Part shown: piece by piece, positions 63,601-64,000 of the stretch
Numbering within the stretch: position 1 is the stretch's first letter
How the letters are laid out: the number at the start of each line of letters is the position of its first letter
Assembly: GCA_036172245.1 (NCBI GenBank)
Contig: JAYWIR010000015.1
Location: forward strand, 1,612,001-1,676,000
Length of the DNA: 64,000 nucleotides
Reading direction: 5' to 3'
DNA from: Raillietiella orientalis
Taxonomy: Eukaryota
Program-made: the position numbers and the translations under genes
The notes under the pieces: generated by a model
What the model saw: only the letters and a program-made list of their open reading frames with translations
What the model was told of the DNA's origin: nothing
Databases searched by the model: none

Positions 63601-64000
63601 CTCACAAACCTATTTCCTTCCCTCCATAGAGGGTACACCCTCTATGGCTAGGGAAGACGGGGGTCCGAAGGGGTGCATAAAATCGAGTACCTGCACTCCT
63701 GAGACGTCTCTCTGTGCGGGTGGTGCCTTCCCTGTCTCTCGCTCTCTTGCTAGACCCTTTGCTGGCTCAGCGCACTTTCTTATAGTCTCCGGAAGTATGG
63801 GCTCTCTTTCTTCCTGGAGCTCTACTTATATCAGGAGTGCTACTACGATGCCGCAAACGTGAAACAGCGTGGTGACGACGCCTGCCGTCGACAAATCTTT
63901 GGCAAGGGAAGGAACGTCCCCGGTCGCAGCACTCGATGATGATGTTGTTGCAATGGGGTCTCCCCCCTCCCCTCTCGCCCGCAACGCTCGCGGGCACTAC

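Overview
Eukaryotic genomic DNA, probably from an arthropod-like animal, with many very short (about 37-60 nt) spliceosomal introns. No prokaryotic or CRISPR system is seen. Hand splicing recovers seven genes in order: a Rab11-FIP3/4 (nuf-like) gene (+, 5' incomplete); a 16-exon dimethylglycine dehydrogenase (DMGDH, -); betaine-homocysteine S-methyltransferase (BHMT, +), with a near-identical 5'-truncated copy upstream; choline-phosphate cytidylyltransferase (PCYT1, -); 3-ketodihydrosphingosine reductase (KDSR, +); ribosomal protein RPL17 (-); and a MICAL monooxygenase (-). A decayed hAT transposon lies between PCYT1 and KDSR, and there are weak retroelement remnants. Most notable: (1) an apparent choline/betaine metabolic gene cluster DMGDH<- ->BHMT-> <-PCYT1 (plus KDSR); (2) a DMGDH whose folate-binding motif looks degenerate while its FAD domain is intact; (3) a truncated BHMT copy with its own ATG; (4) GC-rich, ORF-like and partly duplicated sequence in the DMGDH introns that may be an interleaved antisense gene; (5) a steep GC-to-AT transition across the cluster. 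All gene models are manual and unverified by searches or RNA data; family comparisons rely on recalled sequences.
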